This document shows positions 40,262 to 50,919 of a stretch of 64,000 nucleotides of DNA, one piece after another; within the stretch, counting starts at the first letter, position 1; each line of letters opens with the position of its first letter. The position numbers were made by a program, and so were the translations under genes. Under the pieces are notes generated by a model. That model was not told the origin of the DNA. It saw only the letters and a program-made list of their open reading frames with translations, and made no database searches. The stretch is from an uncultured Chloroflexia bacterium (lineage in GTDB: Bacteria > Chloroflexota > Chloroflexia > QHBQ01 > JADMIH01): positions 896,001 to 960,000 of the forward strand of contig CAWCNY010000003.1 of the NCBI GenBank assembly GCA_963797095.1, given 5' to 3'.

Positions 40262-42931
40262 ATGAACGTGCCTGGTGGAGTAAAACGCGCAGCGACTGTC
40301 CTGTTGGGATTGGTTTTGCTCCTGATGCCCGCGATGGGCTCCCTCACCTATGACGTAAGGAGCGTGAGCGCCCACGATACGTTCGCCGACCCGGCTTTCC
40401 AGCGAGTTTGGAACCATTGCGACATGCCGGTCGAAGCGGAGATGGCTGCGCGCTCATGGATGTGGGGACCTGAGGACTTCTACACCGCCTACGAGGCTTA
40501 CGCGGAGGGCCAGGGCGGCCAGCACCTGGTCAGCTATTTTGATAAGAGCCGTATGGAGATCAACGATCCTGATGGCGACCGCAACTCCGAATGGTTCGTG
40601 ACCAACGGGTTGCTGGTGGTCGATATGATTTCAGGAAGAATACAGGTGGGCGATAACATGTTTGTTCAGGCAACTCCTGCCAAGATACCGGTGGCGGGCG
40701 ATCAGTTGCCCGGCAACAAAGCACCCACTTATGCTAGCCTGGCAGGGGTGGCCTCTCTCAAGAACGACAATCGAGCGCCCGACCGCACAGGCCAGTACGT
40801 GCGAGAGGGCCTGGGCGGTGCAGGCAATGTCGGGATGGTAAACGATACCCTCTCGACGCTCACCCGTTATGCGGTGTATGAGCCAACCCTGGGCCACAAC
40901 ATTCCCGATGTCTTCTGGACTTTCATGAACCAGAAGGGCATCACCTATCACGATAGCGGCTATGTGTATGATGATATGGTGGTTGACTGGCACTTCGCCA
41001 TGGGCTACCCGATCACAGAGCCATACTGGATTCAGATCGGGGTTGACGGCGGGCAGCGATGGGTGCTGATGCAGGCGTTCCAGCGCCGCACCCTCACTTA
41101 CTCTCCCTACAACCCCGACCCCTGGAAAGTGGAGATGGCTAACGTGGGGCGCGCTTACTACGACTGGCGCTATATGCAGGCCGGGCAGGTCACCCCTACG
41201 CCGGTGCCCGTTCCAACCTTCACGCCCGGCCTCACCGATACGCCGGTGCCCGCGCCCTATATCGCCGTTAGCCCGACTCAAGGCAACATCAATACCCAGA
41301 TAACCGTCGTGGGACGCAACTTCCCTCCCTACTCCACAGTCACAATCGGGGTAGAGAAGTCGGGCACGCGATACGCACATACTATAACGGTGCTGAACGC
41401 CAAACCTGACGGCACCTTTCAGGCGCAGTTCAAGCTGCCAAACGACGCTGCCCAACTGGGCAGCCTCACCATCACTGCCACCGCCAACGCCGGCGGCATA
41501 CGGGTTACCGCAGGCTTCACGCTGGTATACAACCCGGCGATCACTGTCACTCCACGCGAGGTGATCGCCGACCACAGCATCCGCATACGTGGCGAGGGCT
41601 TCCCGGCCCAGACCGAGATCAGGTTGAGCATGGTCCTGGTTGGCAGCGGTGAAAGCCTCGCGGTCAGGAACACCGACAAGGATGGCGCTTTTGATACCAC
41701 AATAGCGATACATAAGGCGGCAGGTACTCAGTTCCGGGTGGCAGCCGCCACCGCCGACGGCAATTTCAAGATTACTACCGACTACACGATCACGGTTATC
41801 CGACAGCCGAGCGTAACGGCCAGCCCCGATAGAGGGCCTGTCGGCGCTTATGTTACATTTACGGGCTCAGCCTGGCCTCCCAATCGCGCCATACATGTTG
41901 GCACGAAGGCGCTGAATAGCACATCGGACGCCTGGCTTCCCAACCCTATCTACAGCGATGCAAACGGCAACTTCTCGACCTCCATGTGGGTCGGTCGCGA
42001 ATACGCTCCCTATACCGAAGTGCGCTTGATAGCATCCGATCCGATCAGCACGGTCCGCATGGAGGCTTCGTATTATGTTGTTCCATCCGGCCCCATACCG
42101 ACGCCAACCCCCGGCATCCCAGCGATCACCATAAGTCCGAACGCCGCAGTTGTCGGGCAGGTTGTGACGGCCACGGGCAGCGGCTGGCCTGCTGGCGCCC
42201 AGGTGTGGCTCGGTCTTGGCCGTGCTTCGGTGGAGGAAGCGGTCGGTGTAGCGCAGGCGGACGCCAACGGGGCCTTCAGCCACAGCTTCATACTCAGCAG
42301 CCGGTGGTACGGTGCGGGCCAGATAACGCTCACCGCTTACACAACCAGCGGCAGCGCCACCGCTCCGCTCTGGGTGCTTTCGGGTGGGAGGGTGGCGCCC
42401 GCCGGGATGCCTATGAAAGTGTGGACTTACCAGCTCAAGGATAACGCCACCTATATCTCCGCGAAGGGTGATGGCTGGCGGCCAAACAGCCAGGTGGAGG
42501 CGCGCATAATCTCGGCTGATGGTACGATGAACGTACTTTTGGCCGCAGCTACCACCAATTCGAACGGCTGCTTCTCGGTAGGTGGTTACGAGGCTGCCGA
42601 GTGGGGGGGCAGGACCGATCTCGGCCTTCAGGTGAGCACACCGGACGGCCAGCAGTATTCGATACGCTACCTGCCTCTTACCCAAATGAGCAAGATTCAG
42701 GGTACAGGCAACACGTACCAGGCGACGGGCAGCAACTGGCCTGCGTCAACAAGCATAGAAGTGGTGCTCCACCTGGCGAACGAGCCTGAAGAGGTAATGG
42801 GCACTGCCGTTAGCGACGCCGGCGGGCAGTTCAGCTTGCAGGTAACCTTACCCAGGATCCCGGACAACAACAAGAATGATGTCGAGATCAGGGCTGTCGA
42901 TCAGCCTTATTGCGCGACCATCGACTTCTAG
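40262..42931 (+). CDS. Secreted/surface protein: Chloroflexota-type N-terminal domain plus repeated Ig-like modules
   Basis: GGAGG RBS, signal peptide, FADPAFQRVW...RSWMWGP...YFDKSRMEI...GYPITEPYW...QAFQRR; repeated G-x-x-(F/W)P...A(D/N)xxGxF units. Confidence 0.85.
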   Translation: MNVPGGVKRAATVLLGLVLLLMPAMGSLTYDVRSVSAHDTFADPAFQRVWNHCDMPVEAEMAARSWMWGPEDFYTAYEAYAEGQGGQHLVSYFDKSRMEINDPDGDRNSEWFVTNGLLVVDMISGRIQVGDNMFVQATPAKIPVAGDQLPGNKAPTYASLAGVASLKNDNRAPDRTGQYVREGLGGAGNVGMVNDTLSTLTRYAVYEPTLGHNIPDVFWTFMNQKGITYHDSGYVYDDMVVDWHFAMGYPITEPYWIQIGVDGGQRWVLMQAFQRRTLTYSPYNPDPWKVEMANVGRAYYDWRYMQAGQVTPTPVPVPTFTPGLTDTPVPAPYIAVSPTQGNINTQITVVGRNFPPYSTVTIGVEKSGTRYAHTITVLNAKPDGTFQAQFKLPNDAAQLGSLTITATANAGGIRVTAGFTLVYNPAITVTPREVIADHSIRIRGEGFPAQTEIRLSMVLVGSGESLAVRNTDKDGAFDTTIAIHKAAGTQFRVAAATADGNFKITTDYTITVIRQPSVTASPDRGPVGAYVTFTGSAWPPNRAIHVGTKALNSTSDAWLPNPIYSDANGNFSTSMWVGREYAPYTEVRLIASDPISTVRMEASYYVVPSGPIPTPTPGIPAITISPNAAVVGQVVTATGSGWPAGAQVWLGLGRASVEEAVGVAQADANGAFSHSFILSSRWYGAGQITLTAYTTSGSATAPLWVLSGGRVAPAGMPMKVWTYQLKDNATYISAKGDGWRPNSQVEARIISADGTMNVLLAAATTNSNGCFSVGGYEAAEWGGRTDLGLQVSTPDGQQYSIRYLPLTQMSKIQGTGNTYQATGSNWPASTSIEVVLHLANEPEEVMGTAVSDAGGQFSLQVTLPRIPDNNKNDVEIRAVDQPYCATIDF

Positions 42932-43052
42932 CAGACCTGCGGCTTCCGTACAGGATGGAGTGGGCCATAGTCCGCGGTGGGACCTTGGCCCTTGAGGGTG
43001 CCAAGATTGGCGATCCTGGGAATTACATGATGATCGATAGAAGGGCATGCGC

Positions 43053-43520
43053 ATGGTTTCCACCACTGATTATGAGAAGATTATCGACATAGCAGTGATT
43101 GTTATAGCTAACCTGACAAATCTGCTGCTGGCGGGCATGTTCCTGGCTCGCGCTGTTGGGCAGGAAGGGGTTGGGCGCGTGCTGGGCACGGGAGTTGTGG
43201 CTCTAGCCGTGCCGCTAGTTGTGGCCGTGGTGCTGAATGCCTTACGCGGGCGGGATCTGTGGTTGGTTGTGCTGCCGGGGCCTCTTATTGCGTATTGCGC
43301 CGTCGAGCTTGTTCTGGATTACGTACTGAGGAGTGATTTCCGGCAGACCTTTTTGCTTGGACCTTACCTGCTGCTCTACTATGCAGGCTTGATGGCGATG
43401 ATCGGATACGCATTCCTGGTCGATAAGCGTGCCGGATTCGTCACTCTCGCTACCTATTTCGTGAGTTTGGGGGCCACTTTCTATTCATTCGCGCGGGTGG
43501 GTCACGGCCCGCTTGTGTAG
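43053..43520 (+). CDS. Small multi-pass membrane protein, function unknown
   Basis: About five hydrophobic segments. Confidence 0.7.
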   Translation: MVSTTDYEKIIDIAVIVIANLTNLLLAGMFLARAVGQEGVGRVLGTGVVALAVPLVVAVVLNALRGRDLWLVVLPGPLIAYCAVELVLDYVLRSDFRQTFLLGPYLLLYYAGLMAMIGYAFLVDKRAGFVTLATYFVSLGATFYSFARVGHGPLV

Positions 43521-43556
43521 CTCTACTCAGTAGAGAAGGCGGTGGCTCAGGTGAGG

Positions 43557-44006
43557 TTATTTGTTTTGGCCCAACCACTGCGGGGCCGTTGCCGTCGATG
43601 CAAGTCCCGGGTCCGGTACATATGGCTTGATGTCGAGGACAGGCGTGCCGTCGAGGGCGTCCAGCCCCTTCACCGTCAGCACGTTACCCGCTATACCGAG
43701 TAGCTGCGCGGTCGTGATGCCGAGCGGGCATGGCCGGAACTGCGTGCGAGTGGCGAATACGCCTGTCAGCGGCCAGTCCATGCGGTCGCGCGGGTGGCGC
43801 ACCAGGTCCTTGGCGGGATCGAAGTGGGCGCGGTCCAGATAGAAGACCACCACGATGTGCGAGTAGTCGGAAAGGCCGCGCAGGCCAGGGACCAGCGCAT
43901 CTTCGAGCGTGATCTCGGACACCACGCCGGCCCAACCGGTAAAGGCTATTTCCGTGACCGGCGACCCGACCACACCGATTGCTTGCAAAGTCATTTCGAG
44001 TTTCAT
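43557..44006 (-). CDS. trmO: TrmO/TsaA (YaeB)-like SAM-binding protein, single domain
   Basis: GVFATRTQFRP, GLDALDGTPVLDIKPY; GGAGG before the ATG at 44006. Confidence 0.85.
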   Translation of the reverse strand: MKLEMTLQAIGVVGSPVTEIAFTGWAGVVSEITLEDALVPGLRGLSDYSHIVVVFYLDRAHFDPAKDLVRHPRDRMDWPLTGVFATRTQFRPCPLGITTAQLLGIAGNVLTVKGLDALDGTPVLDIKPYVPDPGLASTATAPQWLGQNK

Positions 44007-44161
44007 CTTACCTCCTATTCGGGGCTGGACCTCTTCCCCTCTATTCTTCACCATATTGTCACCGACATCCACTCGATACTCTACCTTTGACCGCTATTCT
44101 TAGACTGGAAGCGTGTTTTATCGCGCACCTGGACCCTTTGCATCGGTTCAAGGAGGAACAG

Positions 44162-45478
44162 ATGTTAAAGCAAAAGCATTCGACCGGGCGCTCTCACGCC
44201 GAGGACGCTCATTCTCACCAACGCAGCCGCGAGCACCCCGCAGCACACCCTGAGAGCCTGATGATGGGCTATGGATACCATCCCGAGTGGTCCGAGGGGG
44301 CGATCAAGTGCCCGATCTTTCAGACGTCTACTTTCGTATTCAGGACGGCCGAGGAAGGGAAGGCGTTCTTCGAGGTGGCCTACGGGCTGCGCAAGAAGGA
44401 GCCGAGGGAGAAGATCGGCCTGATCTACAGTCGCCTCAACAATCCCGACCTGGAGATACTGGAAGACCGCCTTACCGTGTGGGATGGGGCCGAGGCCGCC
44501 GCGGTATTCGGCAGCGGCATGGCCGCAATTACGACTACGCTGCTCACGTTTCTGAATCCGGGCGATGTGATCCTGCATAGCGACCCGGTGTACGGCGGCA
44601 CCGACTATCTTCTCAAACATATATTGCCGAGGTTTGGCGTGAGGTCTATCGGCTTCATGGCCAGCAGAGGCCATGTCGAAGTGCAGGAGATCCTCAACGA
44701 CCCTGAGGTCGCGAGCCGCCTGAGGATGATATACATCGAGACGCCAGCCAACCCGACCAACTCGATGGTGGATATCGAGGCGTGTGCCAGGCTGGCCCAC
44801 CGCCACTCCACCCCGGAACGCGGAGTGCTCACAGCCGTGGACAACACCTTTCTAGGCCCGTTGTGGCAGCACCCGCTAAAGCTGGGGGCGGACCTGGTGC
44901 TCTACTCGGCCACCAAGTATATCGGCGGGCACAGCGACCTGATTGCCGGGGTGTGTCTTGGCTCAAGGGAATTGTTAGGCCAGGTACGGACCATGAGGAC
45001 CATCATGGGCACAGCGTCCGATGCCTGGACCGGGTGGCTCCTCATGCGCAGCCTGGAGACGCTGAAAGTGAGGGTGACCTCGGGGATGAAGAACGCCCGC
45101 ATCGTGGCCGACTTCCTGGCCGACCACCCGAAAGTGGAGCGAGTCTACTATCCTGGGCATCTTCAAGAGGATGACCCTCAGTACTGCATTTACCACAAGC
45201 AGTGCCTGGCACCGGGGGCGATGATCTCCTTCGATATCATCGGCGGCGAGGAGCAGGCGTTCAGGTTTCTCAACGCCCTGCGGCTTATCAAGCTGGCGGT
45301 CAGCCTGGGCGGGACCGAATCGCTGGCGGAGCACCCGGCCAGCATGACTCACGCCGACGTGGACCCGGTGGAGCGGATCAAAATGGGCGTCGGTGAGCAA
45401 CTTGTGCGGCTATCGATAGGCATCGAACACCCCGACGACCTGATAGCCGACCTGGAGCAGGCACTGGAGGCCGTATAG
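44162..45478 (+). CDS. Methionine gamma-lyase / cystathionine gamma-synthase family PLP enzyme
   Basis: PIFQTSTF, YSRLNNP, SGMAAI, ETPANP, YSATKYIGGHSD, AVSLGGTESL. Confidence 0.92.
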   Translation: MLKQKHSTGRSHAEDAHSHQRSREHPAAHPESLMMGYGYHPEWSEGAIKCPIFQTSTFVFRTAEEGKAFFEVAYGLRKKEPREKIGLIYSRLNNPDLEILEDRLTVWDGAEAAAVFGSGMAAITTTLLTFLNPGDVILHSDPVYGGTDYLLKHILPRFGVRSIGFMASRGHVEVQEILNDPEVASRLRMIYIETPANPTNSMVDIEACARLAHRHSTPERGVLTAVDNTFLGPLWQHPLKLGADLVLYSATKYIGGHSDLIAGVCLGSRELLGQVRTMRTIMGTASDAWTGWLLMRSLETLKVRVTSGMKNARIVADFLADHPKVERVYYPGHLQEDDPQYCIYHKQCLAPGAMISFDIIGGEEQAFRFLNALRLIKLAVSLGGTESLAEHPASMTHADVDPVERIKMGVGEQLVRLSIGIEHPDDLIADLEQALEAV

Positions 45479-45528
45479 GCTTCTGTGGAGTATGTGAGCG
45501 ACTGGAGAACAGGCATTGGAGGGGAAAA

Positions 45529-45837
45529 GTGGACGATCAAAAAGACAATGGCATGAGCGAAGACCTTTTCCTGGAGAAGCTCTATCGCGCCTCGGCGGAA
45601 ATGAAGGCGCGGATCTCAGGCACAGGAGTGCGGGGCAGGCCGGGACCGGCAAGGCCGGTGAGGGAAGGCCGCTTCGGCGATTTTGACGCGACAAATACCG
45701 GCGCCGATCTGACGCTCGAATGGGACAGCAACGACCCGGACCTTCACACGTGTGTGGAGGTGGGCGACCAATCGATTCAGGATGAGGCTGCGGCCTCCGA
45801 GTGGGAAGTCGAAGAATCGGGCCTGCCGGTTGCTTGA
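45529..45837 (+). CDS. Small acidic hypothetical protein
   Basis: GGAGG upstream of GTG; no recognisable motif. Confidence 0.45.
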   Translation: MDDQKDNGMSEDLFLEKLYRASAEMKARISGTGVRGRPGPARPVREGRFGDFDATNTGADLTLEWDSNDPDLHTCVEVGDQSIQDEAAASEWEVEESGLPVA

Positions 45838-46149
45838 CCGGTTTCGGCCCTTCGCGACGACGGCTCTATATCAGGAATTGGCGGCGTGCAGTAGAGGACC
45901 TGGGGCGGCCTTGATCCCCTTGGTGGTATGGCCGTTGTAGGGCGATTGGCCGCCTCTCCTGACTTATCTCCTGACTTTATTTGCCCACCCTTGCATGAGG
46001 ACCGGCTCTGAGGTCCTGGCCGAAGGTGGTCAAGGGCGAGCTGTATCCACTTTGGGGATCGGGGGGTGATACTGTATCATATAAGCGCATCCTGCTGAGC
46101 GTACGCTGCTTGGTGGTGAATCGAGGGAGAGAGAGAAGGATGAGCGATC

Positions 46150-47184
46150 GTGCTTGAGCCTGAAACCCAACAGCGTTCTGAGCTGCGCCAGGACCCTACC
46201 ACGCGGAACTGGGTAGTGATCGCACCACGGCGCAGCGAGCGTCCGGACGATTTCAAGCCAAGCCCAGGTCCGAATTCATCTTCTGCATCTACTCCACCGG
46301 TCGCGTCATGCCCGTTCTGTGCAGGCCGGGAGGCCGAGACCCCGCCTGAGATTTTTCGGCTGAGCGACCCTGAGGGCAACTGGCGCGTGCGGGTGGTCCC
46401 GAACAGGTTCCCTATGCTGAGCGAGGATGGCCCCGCCCGGCGGCAAGTGAGCGCGGAAGGCTTCGTTTCGATGCCGGGTGTCGGGCACCATGAGGTTATC
46501 ATCGAGACCCCGGACCACAACGCCGACCTCGCAACTAGCGGCGATGCGATGGTGCGTGGCGTGCTGGAGGCGTACCGCGCTCGCTATCGAACATTGGCGG
46601 CTGACGGCGCGGCGATGATCGTGATTTTCCGCAACCACGGCCAATCGGCCGGTACATCGCTGGCTCACCCGCACTCCCAGATCGTGTCAACACCGGTCGT
46701 GCCGGTGGAGGTGCGGCACCGCTTCGAGGTCGCGCAGCAGCACTATGACGACCTGGGCACCTGCCTCTACCTGGACATCCTGCAGCGCGAACTGAGCGAT
46801 GGGAGGCGGATCGTGCTGGAGACCGAGCACTTCGTCGCCTTCCAGCCGTTCGCTTCGGCCTTCCCGTTCGAGACGTGGCTCATGCCCCGCGGCCAGCAGG
46901 CTTCTTTTGGGAGCACAAGCGACCGCCAGTTGGACGACCTGGCAGGGGCGCTACGGCGGGTGCTTTCGGCCCTGAGGCACGAGCTAAACGATCCCGACTA
47001 CAACTATGTAATTGAGAGCGCGCCGCCCGGTGACGAAGAGGGCGAATATTTCGTGTGGCACCTGCGGATCGCACCCAGGCTTGGCACGCCCGCAGGCTTC
47101 GAGCTAGGCTCCGGGATGCGCGTCAATCCTTACAGGCCGGAAGAGGCCGCGCACGCGCTACGGCAGGCAGACGAGCGGAGCTGA
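46150..47184 (+). CDS. galT: GalT-family nucleotidyltransferase (second, divergent copy)
   Basis: RSERP, CPFC, VVPNRFP, HEVIIE, AGTSLAHPHSQ, GFELGSG. Confidence 0.85.
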   Translation: MLEPETQQRSELRQDPTTRNWVVIAPRRSERPDDFKPSPGPNSSSASTPPVASCPFCAGREAETPPEIFRLSDPEGNWRVRVVPNRFPMLSEDGPARRQVSAEGFVSMPGVGHHEVIIETPDHNADLATSGDAMVRGVLEAYRARYRTLAADGAAMIVIFRNHGQSAGTSLAHPHSQIVSTPVVPVEVRHRFEVAQQHYDDLGTCLYLDILQRELSDGRRIVLETEHFVAFQPFASAFPFETWLMPRGQQASFGSTSDRQLDDLAGALRRVLSALRHELNDPDYNYVIESAPPGDEEGEYFVWHLRIAPRLGTPAGFELGSGMRVNPYRPEEAAHALRQADERS

Positions 47185-47789
47185 CCTGGCTACTTCACGC
47201 ATCCGTACTCGGACGGCAGGCTAGAGAGCCTGCTGATGTAGTCCGGTTTCTCACTGGCTCCTCTGTTTGCCCTACCTTACATTGCAGTATGACCGGGTAT
47301 CATGCGCCTCTTGTACCCTTTTATCACTTCCGTTACTTATTAGTTACTGTTGATTATGCGCCCCCACCTGAGCTATAGTCCCGATTATGTATATTCAACT
47401 CTCCGATGATTACAAGCAGGTTCTTGCAACCCTCAAAGAGCGGATTACCCAGGACCAATACCAGGCACTCAAAGCCGTAAACCGTGAACTCGTCAAGCTC
47501 TACTGGGACATAAGCCGCATGTAGCCATCACAGCTGGCAACGCTGATGTAAAGGCTTGTGTGGTTGTAGCCTCGGCACCATTAGTAGCATTAGCAATATC
47601 GACACCCGCGTTACTCATGTTCAGAAGTAGCCGGGGTAGGAGCTGGTGGCAATCTCCGGGTAACGCTCGCCACGACGGCGCATTCCACCCTTACTTTCTT
47701 CGATGATAGAAGCATAGGCGATCCAGGAAGCACCGGCAAGGGCTTCCTGGGCCGATCCTGCGGTTATGAGTCCTATTCTGCCCAAAATA

Positions 47790-47824
47790 TGCCTGTTGAC
47801 AACAGGCAAGTTATGCTTTATGCT
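47790..47824 (+). promoter_or_regulatory. Promoter of the ROK gene with a palindrome over the -35 box
   Basis: TTGACA(47796)-N17-TATGCT; TGCCTGTTG-a-CAACAGGCA at 47790-47808. Confidence 0.7.
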
Positions 47825-47875
47825 AGGCTTGCTTCATTCACAGAAATTTCTTTTTGAGAGAGGGCTACAGAACCC

Positions 47876-49081
47876 GTGCAATTACGCTCCGGCAACCGGC
47901 AATTGATCCGGGAGATCAACAAGTCACTGGTGCTGAATATCGTGCGCGACCACGGCCCTGTTTCGCGCACCGATATAGCCCATGCTGCTCACCTGAGCCT
48001 GGCGACGGTGTCGGGGATCACGAACGAGTTGATCGAGCAGGGTTTGATCTACGAGCACGAAGAAGGCACGTCGACGGGGGGCAGGCGTCCGATCATGCTG
48101 GCTCTCAACTCCCATGCCGGGCTGGTGGCGGGAGCCAAGCTCACCGAAGCCCAGGTGATCGTGGCCCTCACCGACCTGAACGCCGACGTTGTCGAGCGGC
48201 GTATGGTGCCACTAGGCGACGACAAAAGCCCTGACGCGGTAGTGTCGGTGCTGGCTACCGCCCTCGCCGAGCTTCGAGAAGCCCACCCCAACAGGCCGGT
48301 GCTTGGCATAGGCGTGGGGATGGCGGGCGGGATAGACCGCCGTTCGGGGGAGTGCCGCTTCTCTCCGTTCCTGGGCTGGCGTGACGTGCCCCTGCGCCAG
48401 TTGCTCGAAAGACGCCTCGGCCTGCCGGTGGTGATAGAGAACGACGTCAATACCCTCACGATGGCCGAAAAGTGGTTCGGATCGGGGGTTGGCGTCACCG
48501 ATTTCCTTGTGGTTACCATGGGGCGTGGTATCGGTATGGGCATGGTGCTCAACGGCCAATTGTACAGGGGTGGGTGCGGCGGAGGCGGCGAGTTCGGCCA
48601 TATAACGGTAGCGCCCGATGGGCCACAGTGCGATTGCGGCAAGAGGGGCTGCCTGGAAGCGTTCGTGTCGGACCCGGCCCTGCTCAAGCGTATGTGGGCC
48701 GCCATAGGCCAATCGCTCACTATGGAGGAGGCGGTCACGCTGGCACGCCAGGGCGACGCGACGGCTCACGGCATCTTCTCGGCGGCGGGCCGCACGCTTG
48801 GCACAGCCATCGCCGACCTGATCAATATCTTCAACCCTCCGCTGCTGGTGGTCGGCGGTGAAGGGGCCAGGGCGCTCGACCTCATGCTCGAACCGCTCCA
48901 GGAATCGTTGCGGGCCAACTGCTTCGATGGCTTCTTCAACGACCTGCGCCTGGTGGTGGAGCCGTGGGGCGATGACGCCTGGGCGCGAGGCGCGGCCAGC
49001 CTTATGCTGGAAGAGCTATTCCGCCCAACGCTGTACCACGGCGATGAAGCTCGCGCTTCGCTGATCCTTCCTTACGACTGA
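47876..49081 (+). CDS. ROK-family transcriptional repressor (NagC/XylR-like)
   Basis: N-terminal HTH, GGRRP, IENDVN, GEFGH, CDCGKRGCLE. Confidence 0.94.
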   Translation: MQLRSGNRQLIREINKSLVLNIVRDHGPVSRTDIAHAAHLSLATVSGITNELIEQGLIYEHEEGTSTGGRRPIMLALNSHAGLVAGAKLTEAQVIVALTDLNADVVERRMVPLGDDKSPDAVVSVLATALAELREAHPNRPVLGIGVGMAGGIDRRSGECRFSPFLGWRDVPLRQLLERRLGLPVVIENDVNTLTMAEKWFGSGVGVTDFLVVTMGRGIGMGMVLNGQLYRGGCGGGGEFGHITVAPDGPQCDCGKRGCLEAFVSDPALLKRMWAAIGQSLTMEEAVTLARQGDATAHGIFSAAGRTLGTAIADLINIFNPPLLVVGGEGARALDLMLEPLQESLRANCFDGFFNDLRLVVEPWGDDAWARGAASLMLEELFRPTLYHGDEARASLILPYD

Positions 49082-49300
49082 TAGCGGGTCGTACCCATCA
49101 CATTCTCCGGTCTCCGCATGGTAGTTTTGTCGCCAAAACTAATTTCATTCATCAAATCAAGTTCAGGAGGAAAAACAACAAGCCTACGAGGCCCGGCTAG
49201 CCAGACTATTTTCCGGTTGTATTACAAAGCCGATCGGTCACATGGTTAGAACGCAGCGACTATCCCCAAGGTTGACAAGTTCTCATGAAAGGATACGAAG

Positions 49301-50731
49301 ATGTTCCGACGAAAATCGCTTGTAGCCCCCACGCTCCTGACGATCCTTGCACTGTCATTGAGCGCTTGCGGTGGCGACACCCCCACGGCCACCCCGGTAG
49401 CCGCGCCTCCCACGGCCACCACGGCTCCGGTCGAGCAGCCCACCGCCACCACGGCTCCGGTCGAGCAGCCCACCGCCACCACGGCGATGGCAGAGCCTAC
49501 CGCCACTATGGCGATGGCGGAACCTACTGCTACCACTGCCTCCTCTTCATCCGGCGATAACCTCTCAGGCACGGTCAATTATTGGACGGCTTACAACACC
49601 GTTTCGCCTGAGATGGATACGCTCAACAAGACGATCATCCCGGCTTTTGAGAAGCTGCACCCGAATGTCACGGTCAATGCGCAGGCGCTACCCTATGACG
49701 ACCTGCGCCAGAAGATCCTGACAAGTATAGCGGGTGGCGAGGCCCCCGACCTGGTGCGCGCCGATATCATCTGGGTGCCCGAGTTCGCCGAACTGGGCGC
49801 GCTGGCGGCTCTCGACACCGAAATGCCCAACTTCTCCGATCTGAAGGATGCCGTATACCCTGGCCCCTTGCAGACCAATTACTATAAAGGGCACTACTAT
49901 GGCCTGCCTCTTGATACCAACACCCGCGTGCTGATCTATAACGAGGACGTTTTCAATGAGGCGGGGATCACCGACGCACCCAAGACCTTCGATGACTTCA
50001 AGGCCGATTGCGACAAGATCAAGGCGCTCGGAAAGGCCGACACTTACTGCTACGCCGAGGGCGGCACGGGTGCGTGGAGCGTGCTCCCATGGATCTGGAG
50101 CGCAGGCGGAGATATAACCGACCCTGAGTTTACGAAGGCCACAGGTTACCTGAACAGCGCGGCTACCGTATCGGCTGTCACTATGCTCAACGATATGCTG
50201 AAGGACGGCACCCTTTCGCCCGGTATCCTGGGCAACGGCATAGCCACCAGCGACGCGATCGGTAAGGGGCAGGCCGGGACGATCCTGGACGGTCCCTGGA
50301 TGCCTCCTATCTTCCAGCAGCAGTATCCCGACCTGAAGTACAAGATGGTGCCGGTGCCCACCGGACCGGGCGGGAGCGTGTCGGTGGTAGGCGGAGAGGA
50401 TATCGTGATGTTGGAGAGCAGCCAGAACAAGGAAGCGGCAGAGGCGTTCATGACCTATGTGTTGACCGAGGACCCGCAGATCGCCCTGGGCAAAGTGGGC
50501 CAGATGCCCGTGCTCAAGAGCCTGAACGGCAATAGCGAGCTACCCGATTACTACTCGGTGTTCCAGACGCAGTTGCTGACGGCCAAGCCGCGCACCCCAA
50601 ACCCCAACTGGCAGAAGATCGACGATGCGATCAACGGCGCGGTGCTCTCCGTGCTCAGGGGTGAGAAAGAGCCTCAGGCCGCCATGGATGAAGCCGCCGC
50701 GACGGTGGACGGCTTGCTGGCGAGCAAGTAG
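49301..50731 (+). CDS. Sugar ABC solute-binding lipoprotein (CUT1, family 1)
   Basis: Lipobox LSAC, PTATTAPVEQ linker repeats, GHYYGLP, YNEDVF, GPW. Confidence 0.92.
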   Translation: MFRRKSLVAPTLLTILALSLSACGGDTPTATPVAAPPTATTAPVEQPTATTAPVEQPTATTAMAEPTATMAMAEPTATTASSSSGDNLSGTVNYWTAYNTVSPEMDTLNKTIIPAFEKLHPNVTVNAQALPYDDLRQKILTSIAGGEAPDLVRADIIWVPEFAELGALAALDTEMPNFSDLKDAVYPGPLQTNYYKGHYYGLPLDTNTRVLIYNEDVFNEAGITDAPKTFDDFKADCDKIKALGKADTYCYAEGGTGAWSVLPWIWSAGGDITDPEFTKATGYLNSAATVSAVTMLNDMLKDGTLSPGILGNGIATSDAIGKGQAGTILDGPWMPPIFQQQYPDLKYKMVPVPTGPGGSVSVVGGEDIVMLESSQNKEAAEAFMTYVLTEDPQIALGKVGQMPVLKSLNGNSELPDYYSVFQTQLLTAKPRTPNPNWQKIDDAINGAVLSVLRGEKEPQAAMDEAAATVDGLLASK

Positions 50732-50738
50732 GTTTGAG

Positions 50739-50905
50739 GACGAGTGACGAGTGACGAGTGACGAGTGACGAGTGACGAGTGACGAGTGACGAGTGACGAG
50801 TGACGAGTGACGAGTGACGAGTGAATGTGGGTGGATGGCTGCGAGTAGAATGTAATCAGTCGTTTGCTTTCTAATCCTAACGTCGTTCGTCGTTCGTCCT
50901 TCGTC
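50739..50905. repeat. Heptamer tandem repeat (GACGAGT)x12, followed by partly complementary (CGTCGTT)n
   Basis: 84 bp perfect array at 50739-50822; second arm at 50881-50905. Confidence 0.92.
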
Positions 50906-50919
50906 CCACACAACACGCT

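Noticed and set aside
47185-47789. 600-bp intergenic region possibly hiding a gene or RNA
   Set aside because: No convincing ORF, RNA consensus or repeat seen
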